A DNA stretch of 64,000 nt from Vicinamibacterales bacterium (GTDB lineage Bacteria > Acidobacteriota > Vicinamibacteria > Vicinamibacterales > UBA2999), in assembly GCA_035575715.1 (NCBI GenBank), contig DATLXN010000011.1, forward strand, positions 6,354-70,353, in the 5' to 3' direction. Shown here one piece after another: positions 19,244 through 28,889 of this stretch (position 1 is the first letter of the stretch; the number at the start of each line of letters is the position of its first letter). Below the pieces are notes generated by a model, which did not search any database, was not told the DNA's origin, and saw only the letters and a list, made by a program, of their open reading frames with translations. A program made the translations under genes and the position numbers.

Positions 19244-22200
19244 ATGAACCGAGCCGCCGTGTTGGTCGTTACCGCGATTGCCCTGGGATGCGCAACAGTC
19301 GCCGCCGCGCAAGGCGGCGGCATGCAAGGGACTGTGCGAGACGCGCAGGGCGCCGTCCTGCCGGGCGCCACCGTCGTCATTCGCAACGTCGGCACCGGCG
19401 CCTCCTACGAGCATGTCACTGACCAGGCCGGGCGCTACCAGGCACCGATCCTTCCGCCGGGTGATTACGAACTGCAGGTTTCGATGAGCGGTTTCCGCCC
19501 GCTGACGCGCCGCGGCATGCGTCTCACCGTCGGACAGATGGCCGTGGTCGATCCGGTGTTGGAGGTGGGTCAGATCGCCGAGCAAGTCGAAGTTCGCGCC
19601 GATGCGACAGCGGTCAGTTTGAGATCGGGGTCGGTGAGCGGCCTTGCCGGCGAGCGCGAGATTCGCGATTTGCCGTTGAACGGCCGCTCCTTCCAGCAGC
19701 TTGCATTGCTGCAACCAGGGGTCCAGGCGGCATTGGCGGCCGGCAATGACGTGGTCGGGGGTCGCACACCGAAAATCTCGATCAATGGTGCCCGGCCCGA
19801 GCAGAACAGCTTCCTGCTCGATGGGACTGATATCAACAACGTCTACAACAAGACCCCTGGGTCGGCCGCGGGGGTCCTGCTCGGCGTCGAGGCGGTGCTG
19901 GAATTTCAAGTCCTCACCAATGCGTACTCCGCCGAGTTCGGACGTTCGGCGGGCGGAGTGTTCAATGCGGTGACCCGATCCGGGGCAAACCGCTACACCG
20001 GCTCAATCTTCGAGTTCCACCGCAACTCGGCGCTCGACGCACGTAATTTTTTTGATCCGGTGTCCCAGCCCAAGCCGCAGTTCACGCGCCATCAGTTCGG
20101 CGGGGTCCTTGGCGGGCCGGTGAAACGGGACCGGCTGTTTTTCTTTGCCGCCTACGAAGGCCTGATCGAGCGTCTCGGTGTCACTGGTCTCACGGCGGTG
20201 CCAGACGATGATGCACGACGGGGCGTTCTGGCGGGACGCCCGATCACGTTGCATCCGGCGATTCCGGCTTATCTGGACACGTTGTTCCCGCGCGCCAACG
20301 GCCGATCGCTGGGCGGTGGCACGGCCGAGTATCTGTTCACCGGCAAGCAACCCACCGACGAACATTTCAGCCAGCTGCGGGTCGACTATCGTCCGTCCGC
20401 GGCCAACTCACTCTTTGTCCGAGCGACGCACGATCGCGCCGAGGTGAGCCGGATCCCGGCGAACAAGCCGCCGATCTTTACCGTCGAAGAACAGACCCGT
20501 AACACCTACGTGACCGGTGAGCACCAGCACACCTTCAGCGGGTCGACAATCAACCAGCTGCGTGTCGGGTTGAATCGGTCAGAGTCGTTGGCTGACAACC
20601 GCCGGACCGTCGACATTCCCTCGAGCCTGGCCTGGATCCCAGGCGAACAATTCGGCTATCTCACGATTCAAGGCCTGGCGACCGAAATGGCCGGTGACTT
20701 CCGGCTGCCGCGTAACGATCGCCTGAACAACTGGCAATTGAGCGATACGCTGATTCTGACCCGGGGGCCACACTTGCTGCGGGTTGGTGCGCAGGCGCAG
20801 TACATGCAGTTCAATCAGCACACCACCAGCCAGGTGGGCGGCATCGTCACCTTCAACAATCTCGAGTTGTTTCTGACCGGCCGGCCCTCGAATGTCGATT
20901 TCGCGGTCCCCGGGAAGATCGATCCGGATCGCCGGTATCGGCAGTGGCTGTTTGCCGGCTTCGTGCAGGACGACTGGCAGGCCACTGAGCGCATTTCAGT
21001 GAATGCCGGACTGCGCTACGAGTTCGTGACGGTGCCGACTGAAGCTGACGGGAAAATCTCGAACCTGCGCAATGTGTCGGACGCCACACTCACTGTCGGC
21101 GACCCGTGGCACGACAATCCGTCGCTCAAGAACTTCGCGCCGAGGCTGGGCATCGCGTGGGATCCATTCGGGACCGGAAGGACGTCTTTGCGGTCGGGCT
21201 TTGGCATCTTTCACGACGAGATCCTGCCGAAGTACTACTTCTTCTCGGGCAGCCTCAACCCGCCGTTCACGACGCGCACGTCGATCCAGAATCCGCCGTT
21301 TCCAAACGTCGTGGCCAACTTCAATCCGAATGCCCCGATCCGCGCGCAGCTGCAAACTGTCCAGGCCGACCTGCAGACGCCCTACATCATGCAGTTCAAC
21401 GTCAGCCTGCAGCGCGCCTTCACCAGCAACTGGGACGCGACCGCGGGCTATGTCGGATCGCGGGGTCGCAATCTGTTGCGGCTTGGCGACGCCAATCTTG
21501 CGCCGGAGTCTGTGGTCAATGGCGTCAAGACCTACCAGCCGCAGCTCGGACGACGCAACCCGAATTTTGCCGCCATCTGGCAGCGAGTGACCGATGCGAG
21601 TTCGTCGTACAACTCGGCGCAATTTTCGTTGAACCGGAAATATGCCGACGGCTGGCGCGCACAGCTGTCGTACACGTTGTCGCGTTCGACCGACGACTCC
21701 AGTGGCATCAACTCTCAGGACTTCAGTAATGTCGTGCAGTACAACGCCGATTGGTACGACCCCGAGTACGATCGTGGGCTGTCGGCGTTCCACGCCAAAC
21801 ATAACTTCACGGCTAACGCCAGCTGGGAACTGCCCCTTGCCAGAGGCAAGACCGGGCTCGCCGGCGCCCTCCTGGCCGGCTGGCAGATCAATGGCATCAC
21901 CTCGCTCCGTTCGGGTCATCCGTTTACGGTGGAACTTGGTTTCAATCGGTCAGGCAATCTCAACACCACCGGCTTTTCGCGTCATGAGCGCCCGGATCTC
22001 AGAGACGGATGCTCAACCAATCCCGTGCTCGGCGGTCCGGAGCGCTATTGGGACGTCAATTGCTTCCAGTTGCCGGCGATCAACACGCGCGGTAACGTGG
22101 GCCGAAACTCACTGATTGGCCCCGGGTTGGTGTCGCTGGACGCGTCGCTCGTCAAGTCGTTTCCGATGGCCGGACGCGGGAACTTACAGGTGCGTATTGA

Positions 22201-22369
22201 GGCGTTCAACGTCACCAACCGCGCCAACTTCGCCATTCCCTCCGGGCGAACGGCATTCACCGGCGTCGGCGCCGATGGGACCCCGATCATCGCGCCGACC
22301 TGGGGACGGATCACGTCCACGGTCACCACCGCGCGTCAAATTCAGCTGGGCGCGAAATTCACGTTTTAG
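19244..22369 (+). CDS. TonB-dependent receptor with N-terminal carboxypeptidase-regulatory-like domain
   Basis: The start was set to ATG 19244, behind GGAG (19235-19238). The protein has a signal peptide and the segment GTVRDAQGAVLPGATVVIRNVGTGASYEHVTDQAGRYQAPILPPGDYELQVSMSGF. It also has a long beta-barrel and ends in a C-terminal aromatic residue (KFTF). Confidence 0.8.
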   Translation: MNRAAVLVVTAIALGCATVAAAQGGGMQGTVRDAQGAVLPGATVVIRNVGTGASYEHVTDQAGRYQAPILPPGDYELQVSMSGFRPLTRRGMRLTVGQMAVVDPVLEVGQIAEQVEVRADATAVSLRSGSVSGLAGEREIRDLPLNGRSFQQLALLQPGVQAALAAGNDVVGGRTPKISINGARPEQNSFLLDGTDINNVYNKTPGSAAGVLLGVEAVLEFQVLTNAYSAEFGRSAGGVFNAVTRSGANRYTGSIFEFHRNSALDARNFFDPVSQPKPQFTRHQFGGVLGGPVKRDRLFFFAAYEGLIERLGVTGLTAVPDDDARRGVLAGRPITLHPAIPAYLDTLFPRANGRSLGGGTAEYLFTGKQPTDEHFSQLRVDYRPSAANSLFVRATHDRAEVSRIPANKPPIFTVEEQTRNTYVTGEHQHTFSGSTINQLRVGLNRSESLADNRRTVDIPSSLAWIPGEQFGYLTIQGLATEMAGDFRLPRNDRLNNWQLSDTLILTRGPHLLRVGAQAQYMQFNQHTTSQVGGIVTFNNLELFLTGRPSNVDFAVPGKIDPDRRYRQWLFAGFVQDDWQATERISVNAGLRYEFVTVPTEADGKISNLRNVSDATLTVGDPWHDNPSLKNFAPRLGIAWDPFGTGRTSLRSGFGIFHDEILPKYYFFSGSLNPPFTTRTSIQNPPFPNVVANFNPNAPIRAQLQTVQADLQTPYIMQFNVSLQRAFTSNWDATAGYVGSRGRNLLRLGDANLAPESVVNGVKTYQPQLGRRNPNFAAIWQRVTDASSSYNSAQFSLNRKYADGWRAQLSYTLSRSTDDSSGINSQDFSNVVQYNADWYDPEYDRGLSAFHAKHNFTANASWELPLARGKTGLAGALLAGWQINGITSLRSGHPFTVELGFNRSGNLNTTGFSRHERPDLRDGCSTNPVLGGPERYWDVNCFQLPAINTRGNVGRNSLIGPGLVSLDASLVKSFPMAGRGNLQVRIEAFNVTNRANFAIPSGRTAFTGVGADGTPIIAPTWGRITSTVTTARQIQLGAKFTF

Positions 22370-22418
22370 AACCCGGCGGAGCCGGTCCCACCGCGAAGCG
22401 GTCCTGCGCGAAGGGGTC

Positions 22419-24020
22419 CTATCGCAACGGTGGCGTGGAGGCCGGCGGACGCCGATGCGTCGTCGCTTGCTCGTAGCTGTAGGCCAGCTTGATCAGGGTC
22501 GCCTCCGACCAGGCCGGGCCGAAGAACGTGATGCCCGCCGGTAACACGCCACGGGTGTAACCCATCGGCACCTGGATTGAGGGGAACCCGGTCACTGGCG
22601 AAAACACCTGGCTGTTGTCACCGCCCGCCGTGTTCAGGTCACCAATCAGCCGCGGCGGATTGCTCCACGTCGGATAGACCAGCGCATCGAGCTTGTGCGT
22701 GTCGATCATCGTCATGACCGCGGCACGGAACTTCGCTCGGTAGTCCACCTCCGCTTTGCACGCCGGCGTCTCGGGACCGTTCTCGGTGCCATCGTTCGCC
22801 TGCTCGAGTCGACGCTGCACAGTTGGATGAAACCGGCCTGACTTCACAATCTCGGCCAGCGATGTCACCGGCACACGATCGCCGTGTGATGCCAGGTAGC
22901 GATTGATGTCGTACTTGAACCCCATGCACGAGCCAACGCCGGCGGCCCGACGGATAGTGTCGAGGCCCTCGACTCGTGCCGGATCGACGATCACGGCACC
23001 GGAGTGACGCAGGTCGTCGAGGGCGCGCATGAAGACATCGACGATCTCCGGGTCGGTCGAGTCGCGTTCGTAGGCTTGACGCAACACGCCAATGCGGGCG
23101 CCGCGCAGGCCATCACGCACCAGCGCCGCCGCATAGTTCTCGCGCGCCCGTCCGCGCGACACGGCGGTTGCCGCATCGGCCGGATCTTCACCGACGACGA
23201 CTTGGAATACGGCGGTGACGTCCGCCACCGTGCGGGCCATCGGTCCGGCGACATCAGCCAGCAGATTGAGCGGCATCACACCCGCACGGCTGGTCAGTCC
23301 CATCGTCGAACGAATGCCGACCAGCGCTTGGTGCGACGCCGGTCCGCGAATGGAGTTGCCGGTGTCGGAGCCAAGACCGGCCGCGGCAAAACTGGCTGCG
23401 ACTGATGCCGCCGTGCCGCCGCTCGATCCCGCCGTGACGCGATCGAGCGCGTACGGGTTCTTGGTGTATCCCGGAAGAATCGAGCTGATCGTTTCAAGCG
23501 GCGTGAACGCCCATTCGGCCATGTTCGACTTGGCGAGGACGATCGCGCCGGCCGCTTTGATGCGCTGCACCTGGAACGCATCTTTGTGCGAAATGAAACC
23601 GGCAAGGGCGAGCGAGCCATTGGCGCTCTGCAGTCCAATGGTCTCGAAGTTGTCCTTGACGATCATCGGCACGCAGTGCAGCGGCCCGATGAAGTTGCCG
23701 GGGCCACGCGCGTCGAGCGCATCCGCGTGCTTCACCGCTTCGGCATTGATCACGACGATCGAATTAATAGCAGGCCCGTTTTTGTCGTAGGCGTCAATGC
23801 GTCGCAGGTATCGATCGACGATGCTGCGGCAGGTGGCGCGACCGCTCTTCAACGCGGCGTGGATATCGGCGATGGTTGCTTCTTCGACGCGAAACGGCGC
23901 CGGGGTTTGCGCGCGGAGCGCCCCGGCAGTGGCAAGAAGGAGGACAACGAGCGCAATTCGATTCACGCGACGGATTTTATCGTGGGGATGAGGAGGGAAA
24001 AGGCGGGCTGGTCTTGACAT
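22419..24020 (-). CDS. secreted amidase (amidase-signature family)
   Basis: AS-family motifs KDNFET and GSSGGTAASVAA. A signal-like segment VNRIALVVLLLATAGALRAQ suggests the real start may be slightly internal. Confidence 0.8.
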   Translation of the reverse strand: MSRPARLFPPHPHDKIRRVNRIALVVLLLATAGALRAQTPAPFRVEEATIADIHAALKSGRATCRSIVDRYLRRIDAYDKNGPAINSIVVINAEAVKHADALDARGPGNFIGPLHCVPMIVKDNFETIGLQSANGSLALAGFISHKDAFQVQRIKAAGAIVLAKSNMAEWAFTPLETISSILPGYTKNPYALDRVTAGSSGGTAASVAASFAAAGLGSDTGNSIRGPASHQALVGIRSTMGLTSRAGVMPLNLLADVAGPMARTVADVTAVFQVVVGEDPADAATAVSRGRARENYAAALVRDGLRGARIGVLRQAYERDSTDPEIVDVFMRALDDLRHSGAVIVDPARVEGLDTIRRAAGVGSCMGFKYDINRYLASHGDRVPVTSLAEIVKSGRFHPTVQRRLEQANDGTENGPETPACKAEVDYRAKFRAAVMTMIDTHKLDALVYPTWSNPPRLIGDLNTAGGDNSQVFSPVTGFPSIQVPMGYTRGVLPAGITFFGPAWSEATLIKLAYSYEQATTHRRPPASTPPLR

Positions 24021-24048
24021 CGTTGCATCACTACATCAATGTATCCAG

Positions 24049-24279
24049 ATGCGGACGACCGTGACCCTCGACGACGACGTCTTTCAAGCCGTCCAAGCGC
24101 TGATGCGCGGATCAGGGAAGACGCTGGGGCAAGTCCTGTCGCATCTGGCGCGGCGCGGGCTGCGCGCGCAGGACGCCTATGCGACGCGATCCGGTCTGCC
24201 CGTCTTTCCGGTCAGCGCCAACGCGCCAATCATCCCGTCGGATCGGGCCAGCGAACTCCTGGCCGACGAGTTGCCGTGA
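24049..24279 (+). CDS. vapB: type II antitoxin (VapB-like)
   Basis: 76 aa, reading MRTTVTLDDDVFQAVQALMRGSGKTLGQVLSHLARRGL. GTGA overlap with the downstream PIN-domain gene. Confidence 0.7.
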   Translation: MRTTVTLDDDVFQAVQALMRGSGKTLGQVLSHLARRGLRAQDAYATRSGLPVFPVSANAPIIPSDRASELLADELP

Positions 24280-24710
24280 AGCCCGCGCTGCTCGACGTCA
24301 ACGTGCTGCTGGCCCTCGCCTGGCCGTCGCATCAGCATCATCAGGACGCGCACCAGTGGTTTCACAAGGAATCGCGCTACGGCTGGACGACCTGCGCACT
24401 CACCCACCTGGGATTCGTGCGGCTCTCCTCACACCCCGCCTACACCGTCGATGCGGTGTCGCCACACGATGCGGCCAGCTTGCTGCAACAGTTGACGCGG
24501 CATCCCAAACATCAGTTCTGGAGCGCACTCCCGCCGCTCGACCAGCGCCTGCTGCAAAATGCGACCGGACACCGGCAGGTCACTGACGCCTACCTCGTCA
24601 GAGTGGCGCGCGCCCACGACGGCCGTTTGGTCACCTTCGATACCCGGATCGCCGTCCACGCGATCACGGCCGGAGACGTGAAGACCATTGGCCAGCCACT
24701 TTCGCCGTAA
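24276..24710 (+). CDS. vapC: PIN-domain toxin (VapC-like ribonuclease)
   Basis: The start was set to GTG 24276 (VKPALLDVNVLLAL...). Acidic PIN residues are present (LLDVN, TDAYL, TFD). The track ORF from 24039 is an out-of-frame upstream extension across vapB. Confidence 0.7.
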   Translation: MKPALLDVNVLLALAWPSHQHHQDAHQWFHKESRYGWTTCALTHLGFVRLSSHPAYTVDAVSPHDAASLLQQLTRHPKHQFWSALPPLDQRLLQNATGHRQVTDAYLVRVARAHDGRLVTFDTRIAVHAITAGDVKTIGQPLSP

Positions 24711-24783
24711 TCTATCCGCAGAGTAGGCAGATGACACAGGCACGGATCCTCAGATCACTGCGAATGGAAATCAGAGCCAAGAG

Positions 24784-26346
24784 ATGATGAAAATCGTTGG
24801 AAGCATGGCAGCGGCGCTGGCAATGGTCCTCGGGGGCGCGGCCCAGACGCCGCGATTCGAACGGGTGCAGCCGGATCTGTTCGCGGCCGGCACGTCGTTT
24901 GTGAACGCGTGGGCCGATTACGACGGCGACGGCGACCTCGATCTGTTTGTCGGCTTCGACGGGCTGCCCAATCGCCTGTATCGCAACGACAAGGGCCTGT
25001 TTACAGATGCGGCCGCCGCGGCCGGCGTCGCGGATGCGCGAGCGACGCGCGCCGCGGCGTGGGGCGATGTCGACAGCGACGGCGACGCCGACTTGCTCGT
25101 TGGCTTCACGCCAGAAACCGTTGCGGCGGGGCCAGCCTCGCTGCCCGCGACTCCGCCAACCGCCGAATCGCTCAGGCCAGGACAGCCCCGCGCGACATCA
25201 GTGCTTCGGTTGTATCGCAACACCAAAGGCGTGTTTGCTGACGACACCGCGGCGGTTGGATTGATGATTGCCACTGGTGCAGTGCGTCAGCCCGCGTGGG
25301 TCGATTACGACGGCGATCGCGACCTCGATCTGTTCGTGGCCTTTCGCGACAAGGCCAACGCGTTGTTTCGAAACGACGGCGGCCGCTTTACCGATGTCGC
25401 CGCTGAGGTCGGGCTGGCCGACACGCGGCGGACAGTGGGCGCGGTGTGGTTCGATCACGATGCAGACGGCGACCTCGATGTGCTGACCGGCAACATGGAC
25501 GGCGATGCCAATGGCTTGTTCAGCCAGGCGGATGGCAAGTTCGTCGACGTTGCGGACGCCCTGGGTGTCGCCTGGGGCGGCCGGTTGCCTGGCGATAAGA
25601 CCAACGGCACGGTCCGGCCATGCGTCGCCGATGTCGACAACGATGGCCATCTCGATCTGTTTTTCGCCAACTACGGCAAGAACGGCTTGTTCCTCAACCG
25701 GGGCAAAGGCAGGTTCGAGGATGTCTCCGTACGATGGGGCATCGCTCATGACGCACGCTACGACAGTTGCGCGTTTGGTGACATGGACAATGACGGTTTA
25801 CTCGACCTTTACGTCAACGGGACAGTCACTGGTGGCACCAACTATCCGGACTATATCTATCGCAACACTGGCAAAGCATTCGAGAACGTCACCCCAGCGG
25901 AGATCGGGTCGCCCAGCGGCGACCACGGCGTGCAGTGGGCCGACTATGACCTCGACGGGGATCTCGATCTGGCGCTCACCGGCGTGCAGAAGGACGGTAT
26001 GCACTGGCTGCTCCGCAACGTCTTGGCCTCGGAAGGCGTCCGCGGCGGACTGAATGTGCGTGTCGTCGATGAGGCGGGCCGGGCGACGCTGGCCGGGGGC
26101 GAAGTGAGTCTCCTGATCAACGGCACTGAGGTGCCGGTCGGTAAGCGATTGATCGATGCCGGGAGCGGTTACAACACCCAGAACGATGCGCCGCTGCACT
26201 TCGGCGTACCGGCCGTCTCGAAGGTCTACTTGCGCGTCCGCGCCAAGCGGCCAGGCCGCGAGTTGGTTGCCGATTCCGTTGTCATCGATATCGGCGCGTG
26301 GCGGAACCGGGTCTACGAATTCAGACTTCCGAACGTCAATCGCTAG
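24784..26346 (+). CDS. FG-GAP/VCBS repeat protein with ASPIC/UnbV-like C-terminus (CRTAC1-like)
   Basis: Seven D-x-D-x-DGDLDL-type repeats (DYDGDGDLDLFVG, DVDSDGDADLLVG and others). The C-terminus contains GSGYNTQNDAPLHFG. Confidence 0.75.
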   Translation: MMKIVGSMAAALAMVLGGAAQTPRFERVQPDLFAAGTSFVNAWADYDGDGDLDLFVGFDGLPNRLYRNDKGLFTDAAAAAGVADARATRAAAWGDVDSDGDADLLVGFTPETVAAGPASLPATPPTAESLRPGQPRATSVLRLYRNTKGVFADDTAAVGLMIATGAVRQPAWVDYDGDRDLDLFVAFRDKANALFRNDGGRFTDVAAEVGLADTRRTVGAVWFDHDADGDLDVLTGNMDGDANGLFSQADGKFVDVADALGVAWGGRLPGDKTNGTVRPCVADVDNDGHLDLFFANYGKNGLFLNRGKGRFEDVSVRWGIAHDARYDSCAFGDMDNDGLLDLYVNGTVTGGTNYPDYIYRNTGKAFENVTPAEIGSPSGDHGVQWADYDLDGDLDLALTGVQKDGMHWLLRNVLASEGVRGGLNVRVVDEAGRATLAGGEVSLLINGTEVPVGKRLIDAGSGYNTQNDAPLHFGVPAVSKVYLRVRAKRPGRELVADSVVIDIGAWRNRVYEFRLPNVNR

Positions 26347-26361
26347 GGATACGATTCGCCA

Positions 26362-27069
26362 ATGCAGCGCCTGATCATTGCCGTCACTCTGACCGTTTCG
26401 ATCATCGGAGCGCCCCTCGCATGGCAGGAGGACAAGGTCGTGCCAGTCCATCAGGAACCGCGGCACCGCCTGGTGTTCGACTCACCGGGTACACGGATCC
26501 TTGATATCCAGATTCCTCCAGGCGACACGACGCTGTTTCATACCCACAGCGATCCGATCCTTTACGTGACCATGGGCACGTCGACGACACGCAATCAGAA
26601 CTTCGGTGAGGACTGGCCGGCCCCGCGACCGCAGCCGCAACCGAACCCGGGGGCTACGGCCCCGACCCCTGCGCGGCTGGGTCGGATGATGATTACGACG
26701 ACTTACGGAGCGAAACCGTATACGCACCGCGTGAACAATATCGGGCAGACCGTGTTTCGGTTAATCGGCGTGACCAACACCTCGGCCGGCGATGCGAGTA
26801 CCACGCCGAGTGCCGACTTCGACGCCACGCCTGAACTCACCAACAACTGGTTCCACGGCTACCGGTGGGCATTGACCACCGCTGCCAAGAACCATCGTCA
26901 CGCTAACCCGGTGGCAGTCGTGTTGGTCACCGGCCGCGCGGTTGCCGGGACGACGGCGCTCGATCAGCCAGGCTCGTTTGCGTGGATTGAGGCGACAACG
27001 CCGCACTCTATACACGCGGCCGACGGCGCCGCCGAGGTGGTCGAGATCGAAGTGCGCCGGCCGCATTGA
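26362..27069 (+). CDS. secreted hypothetical protein, cupin-like
   Basis: Signal peptide present. HQEPRHRLVFDSPGTRILDIQIPPGDTTLFHTHSDPILYV resembles a cupin metal motif. The function call is weak. Confidence 0.45.
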   Translation: MQRLIIAVTLTVSIIGAPLAWQEDKVVPVHQEPRHRLVFDSPGTRILDIQIPPGDTTLFHTHSDPILYVTMGTSTTRNQNFGEDWPAPRPQPQPNPGATAPTPARLGRMMITTTYGAKPYTHRVNNIGQTVFRLIGVTNTSAGDASTTPSADFDATPELTNNWFHGYRWALTTAAKNHRHANPVAVVLVTGRAVAGTTALDQPGSFAWIEATTPHSIHAADGAAEVVEIEVRRPH

Positions 27070-27761
27070 TCTCGTTCATCATTCCCGCGCACGACGAAGA
27101 ACGCTTACTCGGCGCGACACTCGCCGCGCTCAAGACGGCCGCCGCGGCACACTCCCTCGACTACGAAATCATCGTCGTCGACGACGCCTCCACTGATCGC
27201 ACGGCTGAAGTCGCCAAGGCGGGCGATGCGTTGGTGATCCCGGTGACACTGCGCAAGATCTCCGCGGTGCGCAATGCCGGTGCCGCCGCCGCGCGCGGCG
27301 AGCGGTTCATCTTCGTCGACGCCGACAGCCTGGTCAGCCCGGCACTGCTTGGCGCCGCGCTGCGCGCACTCGACGAGGGTGCGGTCGGTGGCGGGGCGCG
27401 CCTCGCGTGGGAGGGCCACATCCCGCCGTGGTCGCGTCCGATGGTCTGGCTCACCGATTGGGTGATGCGCACCGCCAATCTCGGCGCCGGTTGCTTCATG
27501 TTCGCGACGCGGACAGCCTTCGAAGCAGTGGGCGGATTCGATGAGCACCTCTACGTCACGGAGGAAATTACGCTGAGCATCGCGCTGAAGAGGCACGGTC
27601 GCTTTGTGCTGTTGCGTGAACCGATCGTCACATCCGGCCGCAAGCTGCGGACCTATTCCCCACTCGAGCTGGCGCGGGTCTTGAGAGGCGGTTTGATCGC
27701 TGGTCGCAGGAACCCGGAGTACCTCAATCTCTGGTACGGGAAGCGCCGCAATGAGAAATAG
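27066..27761 (+). CDS. family 2 glycosyltransferase
   Basis: ISFIIPAHDEE, VVDDASTD and FVDAD (DxD) motifs. The TTG start overlaps the upstream stop. Confidence 0.75.
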   Translation: MISFIIPAHDEERLLGATLAALKTAAAAHSLDYEIIVVDDASTDRTAEVAKAGDALVIPVTLRKISAVRNAGAAAARGERFIFVDADSLVSPALLGAALRALDEGAVGGGARLAWEGHIPPWSRPMVWLTDWVMRTANLGAGCFMFATRTAFEAVGGFDEHLYVTEEITLSIALKRHGRFVLLREPIVTSGRKLRTYSPLELARVLRGGLIAGRRNPEYLNLWYGKRRNEK

Positions 27762-27770
27762 CCGTCAGCG

Positions 27771-27791
27771 CCCTGCTCCCTGATCCCTGCA
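27771..27791. repeat. three tandem heptamers CCCTGCT CCCTGAT CCCTGCA
   Basis: Read directly from the sequence. It uses the same CCCTGAT word as the array at 11013-11033. It lies in the spacer between the GT2 gene and the heavy-metal-binding protein gene. Confidence 0.8.
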
Positions 27792-27805
27792 AGTACAATC
27801 GATCC

Positions 27806-28858
27806 GTGCGCTACCTACTGGCCAGCCTGCTCGTTGTCTCCACTCTGAGCGCGCAGACGACCCCTGCTGCGCAGCCGCACCCGGAGGCGACTCAGGCCGC
27901 GGTCGCCGCCTACATGTGCCCGATGCACCCCGATGTCATGTCAGCGGTGCCCGGCAAGTGTCCGCGCTGCAACATGGATCTGGTGCCGGTCCCGGCCAGC
28001 GCGTATGTCTGCCCGATGCACCCCGACGTCATGTCGGCCACGCCAGGCACCTGCCCACGCTGCAATATGACGCTCATTGCCGGCAGCCCGATCACCATGC
28101 CGGATTTCCGGCTGCATCTGGAGACGACTCCCAAGGTGATCAAAGCGGGACAACCGACGAAATTTCGCTTTACCGTCCGGCATCCGCTCACCGGTGCGCC
28201 GGCGCGTGAGTTTGCGACGCTGCACGACAAGCTGTTCCACCTGTTCGTCATCAGCCGCGACATGAATGAGTTCGCGCACATTCATCCCGAACATCATCCG
28301 GATGGATCGTTCACGATCGAGCACACGCTCCCCAAGCCGGGACACTACACGCTGTTCTCTGATTTCCTGGCAATCGGCGGCGGCGCGCAGATCGTCGCCA
28401 CACCGATCGTCACTGCCGGCGTCGAGCCCGACATCATGGCGTCGCAGGCGCGTTTGCAGCCGGATCTGCCATGGACGCGAGTTGTTGATGGCGTGACGGT
28501 GGATCTGCTCAACGAGCCGACGACGTTTCTCGGCGGCGAAGAGATTGATCTGGTGTTCCGCTTCAGGAACTCCGCCAATGAAACACCGATCACCGACCTG
28601 GAACGCTATTTAGGCGCCTGGGGACACCTGCTGATTCTCAGCGAGGACATGACCGAATACGTTCACGCTCATCCGCGCGAAGAGACGCAGCCGGAAGCCA
28701 CGGTCCCCACCTCTGGCGGCCCCGAGGTGATCTTCGACGCGCTGCTGCCCAAGCCTGGCCGCTATCGGGCGTGGCTACAGTTCCAGCGGCAGGGCAAACT
28801 GACGACCGTATCGTTTACGTTTGCCGCACCACGGCCGGGCGAAACGCCGCAGTCCTGA
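27806..28858 (+). CDS. periplasmic heavy-metal-binding protein: two tandem CPMHP...CPRC motifs plus two YtkA/FixH-like His-rich domains
   Basis: Signal peptide present. Y(M/V)CPMHPDVMSAxPGxCPRCNM occurs twice, at nt 27911-27988 and 28004-28078. It is followed by FAHIHPEHH and YVHAHPRE segments. Confidence 0.65.
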   Translation: MRYLLASLLVVSTLSAQTTPAAQPHPEATQAAVAAYMCPMHPDVMSAVPGKCPRCNMDLVPVPASAYVCPMHPDVMSATPGTCPRCNMTLIAGSPITMPDFRLHLETTPKVIKAGQPTKFRFTVRHPLTGAPAREFATLHDKLFHLFVISRDMNEFAHIHPEHHPDGSFTIEHTLPKPGHYTLFSDFLAIGGGAQIVATPIVTAGVEPDIMASQARLQPDLPWTRVVDGVTVDLLNEPTTFLGGEEIDLVFRFRNSANETPITDLERYLGAWGHLLILSEDMTEYVHAHPREETQPEATVPTSGGPEVIFDALLPKPGRYRAWLQFQRQGKLTTVSFTFAAPRPGETPQS

Positions 28859-28889
28859 CGCCTCTGTAGAGCGTCGCCGATCCGACGTC

